Assembly (NCBI GenBank): GCA_051252135.1
Contig: JBPOGH010000004.1
Location: forward strand, 64,001 to 128,000
Origin: Verrucomicrobiaceae bacterium
Lineage (GTDB): Bacteria; Verrucomicrobiota; Verrucomicrobiia; Verrucomicrobiales; Akkermansiaceae
Direction of reading: 5' to 3'
Length of the DNA: 64,000 bases
Positions 56,086 through 64,000 of the stretch are shown here, one piece after another (within the stretch, counting starts at the first letter, position 1; the number at the start of each line of letters is the position of its first letter). The position numbers and the translations under genes are program-made. The notes under the pieces were generated by a model. That model saw only the letters and a list, made by a program, of their open reading frames with translations. It was not told the DNA's origin and did not search any database.

Positions 56086-56637
56086 CTAGCGGACGTTGAA
56101 TGTGCGTCCTTTGCCGGTGTCCCAGGCGGTGTAGACGGAGCCGTAGAGGGCACGGAGTTCGCCGCGGCTGAGGAGGCGAAATTCGATGGTCTTGGCGTGG
56201 GTGGTGTCAGGGTAGTGCTTTTGGGCCATTTCATCGATGCTGATGCCGGTGCGCTCGCGGGCCCGGTTGCGGAGTTCGGTGCCGCGTCCCTGGATGCGTT
56301 TGAGGACGTCGAGCTTGGTGTCCTCGGTGACGGGCTCGATGTAGTAGAAGCGGACGAGGGAGGTGCCGGTGGTGTCGATGGTGACCTCGGAGACGATGAC
56401 GGTGCCATCGAGGACGTAGGAGTGCTCGCTGATGGCGACGATGTTTCCGAGATTTACGGCGTAGCGGCCACCGGGGAGGTTGGCTTCCCAGCGACGTTTT
56501 TTGTTGAGTTCGTCGGTGGTGTTTTCAGGTGCCTCGGCGCCTTCTTCCTTGGGGTCTTCATCCCGTGGCGGGGAGGTTTGGGAGAAGGCGGGGAGCCATG
56601 CGAAGGCGAGGAGGGCAGTGAGGAGATGGGCTTTCAT
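56086..56637 (-). CDS. Hypothetical exported protein
   Basis: Signal peptide MKAHLLTALLAFAWLPAFS; codon pattern like neighbours; no family recognised. Confidence 0.65.
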   Translation of the reverse strand: MKAHLLTALLAFAWLPAFSQTSPPRDEDPKEEGAEAPENTTDELNKKRRWEANLPGGRYAVNLGNIVAISEHSYVLDGTVIVSEVTIDTTGTSLVRFYYIEPVTEDTKLDVLKRIQGRGTELRNRARERTGISIDEMAQKHYPDTTHAKTIEFRLLSRGELRALYGSVYTAWDTGKGRTFNVR

Positions 56638-56723
56638 TGTTATAGGAACTATCAAGTGATGAATCGCGCGCGTCAAAGATTCATTTCGGTGGCAGGGGAG
56701 CAGGAATGGGGGTAGGGTCGTGC

Positions 56724-57191
56724 ATGGATGGATATCGACCGAACGTGGCTGCGTTGATGGTGAATTCGAGAGGAGAAATTTTGGTATGCGAGCGGTTTAA
56801 GATTCCGGGATCGTGGCAGTTTCCCCAGGGCGGAGTGGATGAGGGGGAGGATCTTAAAGTGGCGCTGGTTCGTGAGATCGAAGAGGAGATTGGGCTGGGG
56901 GTCGAAGCCTATACGGTGGGGCCGTCGAGGGGAGGTTACCGGTATGACTATCCGGAGAGTGTCCGGCGTGCGAAGCCACCGCATAAGATGAATTTTGTGG
57001 GGCAGGAGCAGACTTACTTTTTGTGCCGGGTGAAGGAGGATCGGCCTGAGATCGATTTGATGCGGGAGCCGAGAGAATTTTCCCAGGGCAAGTGGATTCA
57101 TCCGGAGGAGTTTGAGGTGAAGTGGCTACCGGCGTTCAAGAGGCCGGTTTATCGTGCGGTGATGAAGGATTTCTTTGAGGTGGAGATTTGA
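56724..57191 (+). CDS. Nudix hydrolase, RppH/Ap4A-type
   Basis: YRPNVA; WQFPQGGVDEGE..ALVREIEEEIGL Nudix box; GQEQ; FKRPVY. Confidence 0.85.
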   Translation: MDGYRPNVAALMVNSRGEILVCERFKIPGSWQFPQGGVDEGEDLKVALVREIEEEIGLGVEAYTVGPSRGGYRYDYPESVRRAKPPHKMNFVGQEQTYFLCRVKEDRPEIDLMREPREFSQGKWIHPEEFEVKWLPAFKRPVYRAVMKDFFEVEI

Positions 57192-57193
57192 AG

Positions 57194-57234
57194 AAAAAAA
57201 GCCCGGCACTCGCGCGGAGTGACGGGCTCATTTT
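57194..57234. terminator. Probably bidirectional terminator between convergent genes
   Basis: A7-GCCCGGCACTC-GCGCG-GAGTGACGGGCT-CATTTT. Confidence 0.7.
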
Positions 57235-57250
57235 AAAGATCGGGGGAGGG

Positions 57251-57745
57251 TTAGGACAGCTCGGCGAGCTTGGCCTTGATGGCGTCGAAGTCAGGGAGGT
57301 CGCCGGGGGAGTCGTTGACTTGGGCGAATTGGACGACGCCGTCCTTATCGATGAGGAAGGCGGAGCGCTTGGGAACGCCGCCCATGATGAGGTTCTTCTC
57401 GGGGAGGAACTGGTCGTAAGCGATGCCGTAGGCTTCGGTGGCCTTGTGATCGTAGTCCGAGAGGAGTTTGAGGGTGATGTTTTCCTTTTCGGCCCATGCG
57501 GCTTGGGCAAAGGGGTTGTCGCCGGAGATGCCGAGGACCTTGCAGTTGAGGTCGGTGTAGGCACCGAGGCCAGCGGAGATTTCGCAGAACTCGGTGGTGC
57601 AGACGCCGGTGTAGGCCATTGGGACGAAGAGGAGGAGAATGTTTTGTTCGCCGAGTTGCTCGGAGAGTTTGACTACTTCGGGGCCGCCTTCGCCGAGGCC
57701 GACGAGGGAAAAATCAGGGGCTTTATCGCCAACTTGGATACTCAT
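57251..57745 (-). CDS. Peroxiredoxin (AhpE/BCP-like)
   Basis: GDKAPDF; FVPMAYTGVCTTE (PxxxTxxC); ISGD; LLSDY; RSAFLID. Confidence 0.88.
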   Translation of the reverse strand: MSIQVGDKAPDFSLVGLGEGGPEVVKLSEQLGEQNILLLFVPMAYTGVCTTEFCEISAGLGAYTDLNCKVLGISGDNPFAQAAWAEKENITLKLLSDYDHKATEAYGIAYDQFLPEKNLIMGGVPKRSAFLIDKDGVVQFAQVNDSPGDLPDFDAIKAKLAELS

Positions 57746-57849
57746 GGTGGGGTGACTATATGGTGCAATCGATTCCGGTCAAGAGGGGGAGTGGTTTAGG
57801 TTTGTGTGAGGGGGCGGGATTTGCGAGCTTGGTGGGAATCGATGTTGTG

Positions 57850-58689
57850 ATGAAGATTTGGATTGTTGTTTTGAGCGTTGGATTGGCGGGAAATCTTCTG
57901 CTGAGTTGGTCTCTATTCAGGGTGGATGAGGGAGATGGCGGGCAGGTTCAGGCGGTGGGCGAGAGCAGGGAGGCGGGTGACTTTGATGAGATTCGAGGTT
58001 CGTTGGAGGAGTTGCGGGATGCGGTGGCGGCTCTTGAGGTGGCGCCCAAGGGGGGCGGGGAATGGAAGGATGACGGGCTTGAGGGGCGGGTGAGGGCGAT
58101 TGAGCGATCGCTTGAGAGGCTGGAGTCGGCAGTGGACGGGATGGGAGTGGCTCCGGTATTGGAAGACCGGGAAGCGCTTTTTGCATCGGATGAGGGGAGT
58201 CTGAGAGCGGCGGAGTATTATGAGGCGGGGAAGTTTGCGATCGCGGGGGAGGGATTTTTGACCTTTTTGGAGGCTCATCCGGATCATCCGGAGCACCGGA
58301 GTATTGCGGAGATGGCGCGGCGGGCGTTTGTGCAGGCGGGGAATTTGGACAAGGCGATCGCGATCCAGGGGGAGTTGATGGAGATTTATCCCGAGAACAA
58401 GGCGGGTGATCTGATGACGCTGGCTGATTTGCAGAAGCAGGCGGGGAAGTATCAGGAGGCTGCGGAGTCTGCGCGGGAGTCGGCGGGGCTGGCGAATGAC
58501 AATTCGAAGTATTGGAATCTCCTTTATGGGGCGTGGTATACGCAGTTGGGAGATGGCCTCGATGCGGGGTTGGCGGCGCATCAGGAACTGCAAAAGCAGG
58601 CGATCACAGGAGGATTCAACGATGATAAGTTCAATCAGCGGATTCAGGAGCGGATTGCGGAGATTGAGGCGCAGATGGCGTCACGGTAG
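57850..58689 (+). CDS. Membrane-anchored coiled-coil + TPR protein (CpoB/YbgF-like architecture)
   Basis: N-terminal TM; heptad region; YYEAGKF..F.TFLEAHPDH; AGNLDKAI..YPE. Confidence 0.6.
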   Translation: MKIWIVVLSVGLAGNLLLSWSLFRVDEGDGGQVQAVGESREAGDFDEIRGSLEELRDAVAALEVAPKGGGEWKDDGLEGRVRAIERSLERLESAVDGMGVAPVLEDREALFASDEGSLRAAEYYEAGKFAIAGEGFLTFLEAHPDHPEHRSIAEMARRAFVQAGNLDKAIAIQGELMEIYPENKAGDLMTLADLQKQAGKYQEAAESARESAGLANDNSKYWNLLYGAWYTQLGDGLDAGLAAHQELQKQAITGGFNDDKFNQRIQERIAEIEAQMASR

Positions 58690-59192
58690 GGGTAAGGTGT
58701 GGGTTTTTTTAGGGGTGAATTGGTATCAGACGCGCCCAATGGCGCCTGAGCGAGGGTGGAATGGGGGTTGGTTGAGTTGGTGATTGGCAGGGTGAATGGT
58801 GGCTGGATCGCCATTTTCAGGGCCTTTTAGGGCAGGATGCGCTAAATATTTAAGGATCATTAATCGTCTGCTCACGATGATGATCAAAATTTTTTGGTCG
58901 TTTTTTTAACGGAATGAGTGTGCCCGTTTCAGTGCAGTGATCCGGTGGGTTTCGAGTAGGATCCGTTCGGGAAGAAATTTGTTTAGTGGAGAGTGACGCT
59001 GGTATGGGGGCTGTGGCCTATGAGCTTAATTTTAGCGAATAGTTAGGGAAAGTTAAACAACTTAGTTATTTAAGAAACATGAATTAAAAGGACTCCTTAA
59101 TATTTAAGAATAAGGTCTATATTTTTTAACATTTAATCTTGTTTGGATTCCTACACTTATGCAATTTCCGCCGCGTTCACCCCTTAACGTAA

Positions 59193-60092
59193 ATGGAAAG
59201 TAACAAGAAAAGAAAATTAAAGATTAGTAAGTTAGCAGCATTTGTGACCGTTTCGGCCAGTTTTGGTCTTAGCGCGAATGCCCAGACCTACGGAGTGACC
59301 GGCTCGAGCGGCCAGGGAACTTTGCAGAACAATTCGATCTATAAGATTGAGAACGGGATCGCGACGCGTATTTCCCCTACGGCGGTCACTCCCAACAGCT
59401 TTGCCTACGACACCGATAATGACCGTTACTACTACGGGGATCACTCGGGAACCAATCTCTACCTGTTCGATCCTCTTGTTGGCAGCAACACCTTGATTGG
59501 TGACCTTACCGATTACGGCATGCCCACAGGCACAGCGTTGAGCGGTGGCGGTGATTTCTTTGATTCCGCTTATTACTACATTTCGGAGCCTACCGGCGAT
59601 ACGGCCACTCTCAATGCGCTCACCTTTGGAAACGACGGAACGACCATTGCTACGAGAGAGGCGTTGAGCCTGAGCCTTCCTTCCGGTTGGTCGGGAATCG
59701 GAGACTTTGGAGACTTTGCGGTCGATTCCGCTACCGGGCTCCTTTACGGGAGCTCGACTCCCAACTTCACGGCAGGAGGAAATACCACTCCCTATCTCTG
59801 GCAGGTGGATTTGAATGCGACGGTGAAGACGGTCACAAATCTTGGAGCGACGCCGTCGGTTTACCAGATTGCGATTGATGCGACGACCGGCAAACTGCAT
59901 GCGAATGAGTGGCAGAGTGGTGGCGCATTTTACGAATTGGACAAGAGTGATGGATCGATTCTGACTACCCAGAGCGTCGGCGGTGACTTCTTCGACCTGG
60001 CTTCCGGTGGAGCGAATGCGGCTCCCGAGCCGTCATCGGCAATGCTCGCTGCTCTTGGTGCGCTTGGTCTGATGGTGCGTCGCAAGCGCTAG
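59193..60092 (+). CDS. PEP-CTERM sorting-domain surface protein (beta-propeller-like)
   Basis: Signal peptide; C-terminus APEPSSAMLAALGALGLMVRRKR; repeats GDFAVDS.TGLLYG and IAIDATTGKL. Confidence 0.9.
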   Translation: MESNKKRKLKISKLAAFVTVSASFGLSANAQTYGVTGSSGQGTLQNNSIYKIENGIATRISPTAVTPNSFAYDTDNDRYYYGDHSGTNLYLFDPLVGSNTLIGDLTDYGMPTGTALSGGGDFFDSAYYYISEPTGDTATLNALTFGNDGTTIATREALSLSLPSGWSGIGDFGDFAVDSATGLLYGSSTPNFTAGGNTTPYLWQVDLNATVKTVTNLGATPSVYQIAIDATTGKLHANEWQSGGAFYELDKSDGSILTTQSVGGDFFDLASGGANAAPEPSSAMLAALGALGLMVRRKR

Positions 60093-60117
60093 ATTAGCGG
60101 TCCTCTTACGATCTTGA

Positions 60118-60148
60118 GCCTGCCACGGGAAACCGTGGCGGGTTTTTT
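60118..60148 (+). terminator. Intrinsic terminator of PEP-CTERM gene
   Basis: GCCTGCCACGG-GAAA-CCGTGGCGGGT-TTTTT. Confidence 0.85.
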
Positions 60149-60309
60149 GTGCCAAGGGTTGGTGGCGGAGTCGGTTTGACTCACGGGAGAGGGGCGTTGA
60201 GCGGTAGGGAATTTAGGGAGGGTTTGCGGAATTCATTGGATGTTTTGAAATTCCGTCAGATCATTCGGGTGGCCGGGAATTTCAGCGGTCTATTCCGAAG
60301 GATTACACG

Positions 60310-61239
60310 ATGTGGTTTATATTTATTGGGGCGGTTTTGCTTTTTATCGGTGCTGAGGCGCTGGTGCGGTCGAGCGTGAGCCTGGCGGGGCGGGTGGGGA
60401 TGTCTCCGTTGATCGCGGGGCTGACGGTGGTGGCGTTTGGGACGAGTGCGCCGGAGTTGGGGGTGAGTGTGTCATCGGCGCTGAGCGGGAGCTCGGGAAT
60501 TGCGCTGGGGAATGTGGTGGGGTCGAACATTTTCAATATTGCGGTGATTCTGGGGTTGGCGGCGATGATTAAGCCGGTGGCGATCGAGTTGCCGCTGATC
60601 AAGCGGGATATTCCGGTGATGGTGGGATGTGCGGGTGTTGCTTGTGTTTTTTTGATGTTGGGAGGGATTTCGGCTGCGGGGGGGATTTTGTTGTTATTGG
60701 GTTTGGTGGTTTATCTGTGGTTTACGATCCGGGATGCGAAGCGGGAAGGAGAGGATGGGGGGGAGGAGATCGGGGCGCAGCAGGTGTTTGCGAAGCCCTG
60801 GGGGTTCGATGTGGTGGTTCTGTTGGTTGGTCTGGGGATGCTGGTGGCGGGGTCGCAGTTTTTTGTGACTGGCGCGGTGCAGCTGGCGAAGACCTTGGGC
60901 GTGTCCGATGCGGTGGTGGGGCTGACGATTGTGGCCGCGGGGACGAGTCTGCCGGAGCTGGCGACGAGTGTGGTGGCGGCGGTGCGAGGTCAGTCCCCGA
61001 TCGCGATCGGGAATGTGGTGGGCTCGAATATTTTCAACATCCTCTGTATTCTGGGAGTGACGGCGACGGTGGCCCCGATTGATGCCGCGGGATTTGGGAT
61101 GCGGGACGGGTGGGTGATGTTGGGCTTCAGTGCGCTGCTGGTTCCCTTTGCGATGACGGGCCGGCGAATCAGTCGGTTTGAAGGGACGATCCTGTTGCTG
61201 GGGTATGGGGCCTACCTGGTCTTGCTCTGGCCGAGGTAG
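60310..61239 (+). CDS. Calcium/sodium antiporter (YrbG family)
   Basis: Two alpha repeats GLTVVAFGTSAPE..GNVVGSNIFN and GLTIVAAGTSLPE..GNVVGSNIFN. Confidence 0.93.
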   Translation: MWFIFIGAVLLFIGAEALVRSSVSLAGRVGMSPLIAGLTVVAFGTSAPELGVSVSSALSGSSGIALGNVVGSNIFNIAVILGLAAMIKPVAIELPLIKRDIPVMVGCAGVACVFLMLGGISAAGGILLLLGLVVYLWFTIRDAKREGEDGGEEIGAQQVFAKPWGFDVVVLLVGLGMLVAGSQFFVTGAVQLAKTLGVSDAVVGLTIVAAGTSLPELATSVVAAVRGQSPIAIGNVVGSNIFNILCILGVTATVAPIDAAGFGMRDGWVMLGFSALLVPFAMTGRRISRFEGTILLLGYGAYLVLLWPR

Positions 61240-61251
61240 GGTGAGGGCTGG

Positions 61252-62349
61252 TTAATCCGGAAGGTGGGAGCGGAGGGCGTTGATTTGCTCGATGGAGTGA
61301 GCGGCGCTGAGGGTGATGCGGAGGCGGGCGGTGCCGCGGGGGACGGTGGGGTAGCGGATGGCGGGGACGAGGAAGCCGGCGTCGAGGAGGGTTTTTGAGG
61401 CGTCGAGGGCGGCTTGGTTTTCTCCGATGATGAGGGGGATGATGGGGGAGGGAGAATTAAAATTTGAGATGTTGGAGTGGAGCTTTTTTCTGATGGCCTG
61501 GCCTTCGGGGGTGGAGAGGAGATGGAGGGCGGCGAGGGAGGCGGCGGCCTGGGAGGGGGGCGGGGCGGTGGAGTAGATGAAGGAGCGGGCTTTGTTGATG
61601 AGGAGGTCGATCCAGTCTTGGGAGGCGGCGAGGTAGCCACCGGCGGATCCGAGGGCTTTGCCGAGAGTGCCCATTTGGAAATCTACGCGGTCCTGGAGGC
61701 CGAGTTGTTCGGCGAGGCCCTGGCCGGTAGGTCCGAGGACGCCGATGGCGTGGGCTTCATCGAGGAGGAGGAGGGCGTTGTGGCGTTCTTTGAGCTCGAT
61801 GATTTCGGCGAGGGGGGCGAGGTCGCCATCCATGGAGAAGACGGACTCGGTGATGATCAAGGTACGATTTTTTCCCGAGGTGAGGAGTTTTTCGAGTTTG
61901 TTGAGGTCGTTGTGGGGGAAGACGCGGAGGGTGGCGCCGGAGAGGCGGGCGGCATCGATGAGGGAGGCGTGGGAGAGCTTGTCGAGGATGACGGTGTCGC
62001 CTTTTCCGACGAGGGCGGGGATGGTGCCGAGGGCGGTGGCGTAGCCGTTGGCGAAGGTGAGGGCGGCCTGGGATTTTTTGAGTCGGGCGATGGTTTCCTC
62101 GAGTTGGTGGTAGATATCGAGGGAGCCGCAGACGAGGCGGGAGGCGGTGGAGCCGGTGCCGTATTTTTCGAGGGCGGCGGTGGCGGCGCTGACGAGGGCG
62201 GGGTGGCGTGAGAGGCCGAGGTAGTCGTTGGAGGAGAAGTTGATGAGCTCGCGCCCGTCGAGGGTGACGAGGGGCGGGGCGGGCGAGGAGGTTTTCCGCA
62301 GGGAGCGGAGGAGTCCGGCGTCGCGGAGTTGGGCGAGCTCGTCGTTCAT
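61252..62349 (-). CDS. bioF: 8-amino-7-oxononanoate synthase
   Basis: NFSSNDYLGL; SHASLID; ESVFSMDGD; DEAHA; GTLGKA; AIRYPTVP. Confidence 0.9.
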   Translation of the reverse strand: MNDELAQLRDAGLLRSLRKTSSPAPPLVTLDGRELINFSSNDYLGLSRHPALVSAATAALEKYGTGSTASRLVCGSLDIYHQLEETIARLKKSQAALTFANGYATALGTIPALVGKGDTVILDKLSHASLIDAARLSGATLRVFPHNDLNKLEKLLTSGKNRTLIITESVFSMDGDLAPLAEIIELKERHNALLLLDEAHAIGVLGPTGQGLAEQLGLQDRVDFQMGTLGKALGSAGGYLAASQDWIDLLINKARSFIYSTAPPPSQAAASLAALHLLSTPEGQAIRKKLHSNISNFNSPSPIIPLIIGENQAALDASKTLLDAGFLVPAIRYPTVPRGTARLRITLSAAHSIEQINALRSHLPD

Positions 62350-63219
62350 CTACTCGAGGCTCCAGCGGAGGAGTTTTTCGGAGTCGTCCCAGACGTTGGC
62401 GGAGTTGGAGCCGAGGACGACGGCGATGACGGCGCGGCCATTGAGGCGGCCGGAGGAGACGAGGCAGCGGCCAGCGGCGTTGGTGGTGCCGGTTTTCATG
62501 CCATCGCAGTAGGAGAGGCGGGAGAGGATTTTGTTGGTGTTGGAGAGGGTGCGGGTGCGGCCATCAGGGTAGGTGAAGACGTAGCTCCTGATGCGCATGG
62601 ACTCGCGGATGGCGGAGTATTTTTGGACTTCGCGGGCGAGGATGGCCATGTCGCGGGCGGTGGAGAACTGGTTGGGCTCGGTGAGTCCGTGTGGGTTGAC
62701 GAAGTGGGTTTGGCTCATGCCGATGCTGCGGGCGGTGCGGTTCATGAGGTCGGCGAACTGTTCTTTGGAGCCGGCGACATCGCGTCCGAGGGCCATGGCG
62801 ACGTCATTTCCGCTTTTAACGATGAGGGCTTTGAGAAGTTCGCCGCGGGTGTAGCGTTCGCCGGGCTTGAGGTAGAGCTTGGTGGGTTCGACGAGGGTGT
62901 CGGAGTGCTCGATGACGACTTCGTCTGTGAGGGGGCCGGCGCGGACGACGCAGAGGGCGGTGAGGAGTTTTTGGGTGCTGGCGACGGCGCGCTCGGTGCG
63001 GGCATTTTTTTCGAAGAGGATGCGGCCGGTGACGGCATCGACGACGATGGCGCTGGCGGCGTAGACCGAGGGGGCGGCGGGGTCCGGAAGGGCGGGGCGG
63101 ACGATGCTGGGTTGAACGCGGACGGGTGTGGCGATCACGGGAGCCGGCGGTGCAGCCGAGCTGCAGGCGGCGTGGAAGAGGATGAGGGAGAAGGCGGCAA
63201 AAATTCGCGCGACGGGCAT
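62350..63219 (-). CDS. D-alanyl-D-alanine carboxypeptidase (S11) lipoprotein
   Basis: Lipobox HAAC; ASTQK (SxxK), SGND (SxN), FVNPHGL, KTGTT. Confidence 0.9.
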   Translation of the reverse strand: MPVARIFAAFSLILFHAACSSAAPPAPVIATPVRVQPSIVRPALPDPAAPSVYAASAIVVDAVTGRILFEKNARTERAVASTQKLLTALCVVRAGPLTDEVVIEHSDTLVEPTKLYLKPGERYTRGELLKALIVKSGNDVAMALGRDVAGSKEQFADLMNRTARSIGMSQTHFVNPHGLTEPNQFSTARDMAILAREVQKYSAIRESMRIRSYVFTYPDGRTRTLSNTNKILSRLSYCDGMKTGTTNAAGRCLVSSGRLNGRAVIAVVLGSNSANVWDDSEKLLRWSLE

Positions 63220-63284
63220 GGCGGGACTGTGCCTTTGAATGGGAAGTTCATCAAGAGCTCTCAAAGTTTTCTCTCGACGCAAAG

Positions 63285-63328
63285 TGGCTTTATGAATAGT
63301 GTTCAGGAAATCACTGTTCAAGAATTAT
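63285..63328 (+). promoter_or_regulatory. Tandem LexA (SOS) boxes
   Basis: TGGCT-ttat-GAATA g TGTTC-agga-AATCA c TGTTC-aaga-ATTAT, 15-bp period, abutting the lexA ATG; resembles Verrucomicrobia TGTTC-N4-GAACA. Confidence 0.6.
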
Positions 63329-63944
63329 GGCCAAAGGACTTACGACACGACAGCAGGAGCTTCTCGATTTTCTAAAATCCCATCATCATGAGAATGGGGT
63401 GATGCCCTCGACCCGTGAGATTCAGGCTCACTTTGGGTTTGCGAGTCAGACGGCGGCGATGAGTCACTTGAGGGCGTTGGAAAAGAAGGGGGTGATTCTC
63501 CGATTGGCGGGGAAGGCGCGGGCGGTGGTGTTTCCGGAGGAGTTGGAGCGCGAGGAAATTGTCGATATCCCGGTTTACGGAAGCATCGCAGCGGGAATGG
63601 CGGAGTCGGTGGAGGAGGAGAAAGAGGGTTGTATCTCGATTGATATCGCCTCGCTGGGGATTCCCCGCAATGCGCGGACGTTTGCGCTGAAGGTGCGTGG
63701 TGAGTCGATGATTGATGCGCACATTTGTGATCGCGATACGGTGATTCTGGAATTTCGCGAGCCTCGTAATGGAGATGTGGTGGCGGCGTTGATCGATGGG
63801 GAGACGACGTTGAAGAGGTTTGTGATGGAGAATGGTCGGCCGTTTCTCCATGCGGAGAACGAGCAGTTTCCCGATATTATCCCGGCCCGCGAGTTGGTGG
63901 TGCAGGGAGTGATGGTGGGGCTGTTGCGGAATGGTGGTTTTTAG
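63327..63944 (+). CDS. lexA: SOS repressor LexA
   Basis: LTTRQQELL..PSTREI..HL.ALEKKG wHTH; IAAG cleavage site; GESM (Ser); TLKR (Lys). Confidence 0.96.
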   Translation: MAKGLTTRQQELLDFLKSHHHENGVMPSTREIQAHFGFASQTAAMSHLRALEKKGVILRLAGKARAVVFPEELEREEIVDIPVYGSIAAGMAESVEEEKEGCISIDIASLGIPRNARTFALKVRGESMIDAHICDRDTVILEFREPRNGDVVAALIDGETTLKRFVMENGRPFLHAENEQFPDIIPARELVVQGVMVGLLRNGGF

Positions 63945-64000
63945 GACAGAGGGTATTCTTTGTTAGATCGCGCAGGATGCCTTGGGAGAAGTGGTTTTGT

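Noticed and set aside
59140..59165. Sigma-54 promoter for the PEP-CTERM gene
   Set aside because: The GG to GC spacing is 14 nt rather than the required 10
1..64000. Many long antisense or alternate-frame ORFs (e.g. 14220-15719 +, 26172-27995 -, 44444-46180 -, 39467-40762 -, 23963-24139 extension)
   Set aside because: Shadows of well-supported genes caused by high GC and codon bias; low-complexity P/S/R or G/E/V translations with no family motifs

Overview
GC-rich bacterial chromosome segment. The gene content points to a free-living Verrucomicrobiota member of the Verrucomicrobiales type: PSD1/DUF1549-DUF1553 cytochrome plus DUF1501, a PVC-type heme/beta-propeller protein, DUF1080, PEP-CTERM, a LysM gene inside the dcw cluster and TGTTC-type LexA boxes. 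The window holds about 56 CDS plus one pseudogene. These include a dcw cluster that stops after ftsW (mraZ-rsmH-ftsL-ftsI-murE-murF-mraY-murD-LysM-ftsW), holB-obgE, deoB-deoD-cdd, System II cytochrome c biogenesis genes, parB, psd, mscL, gpmI, galK, bioF, a D,D-carboxypeptidase, lexA and several large secreted multidomain proteins. No tRNA, rRNA, CRISPR array, transposase or integrase was recognised. The most unusual items are: (1) a four-helix-bundle gene cassette, broken by an internal out-of-frame deletion and bracketed by inverted arrays of 7-bp TGA-N4 repeats, between the PSD1 and DUF1501 genes; (2) an ECF sigma/anti-sigma/periplasmic-sensor module with a candidate ECF promoter in front of a secreted EF-hand protein; (3) a shared C-terminal domain on three unrelated secreted proteins; (4) a MiaA homolog with a degenerate P-loop; (5) a two-state RNA leader ahead of a Ca/Na antiporter; (6) tandem LexA boxes and MraZ boxes; (7) many apparently leaderless genes. 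All calls come from reading motifs by eye; no database search was run. Where I judged a downstream start codon more plausible than the one in the ORF track, I give that start.
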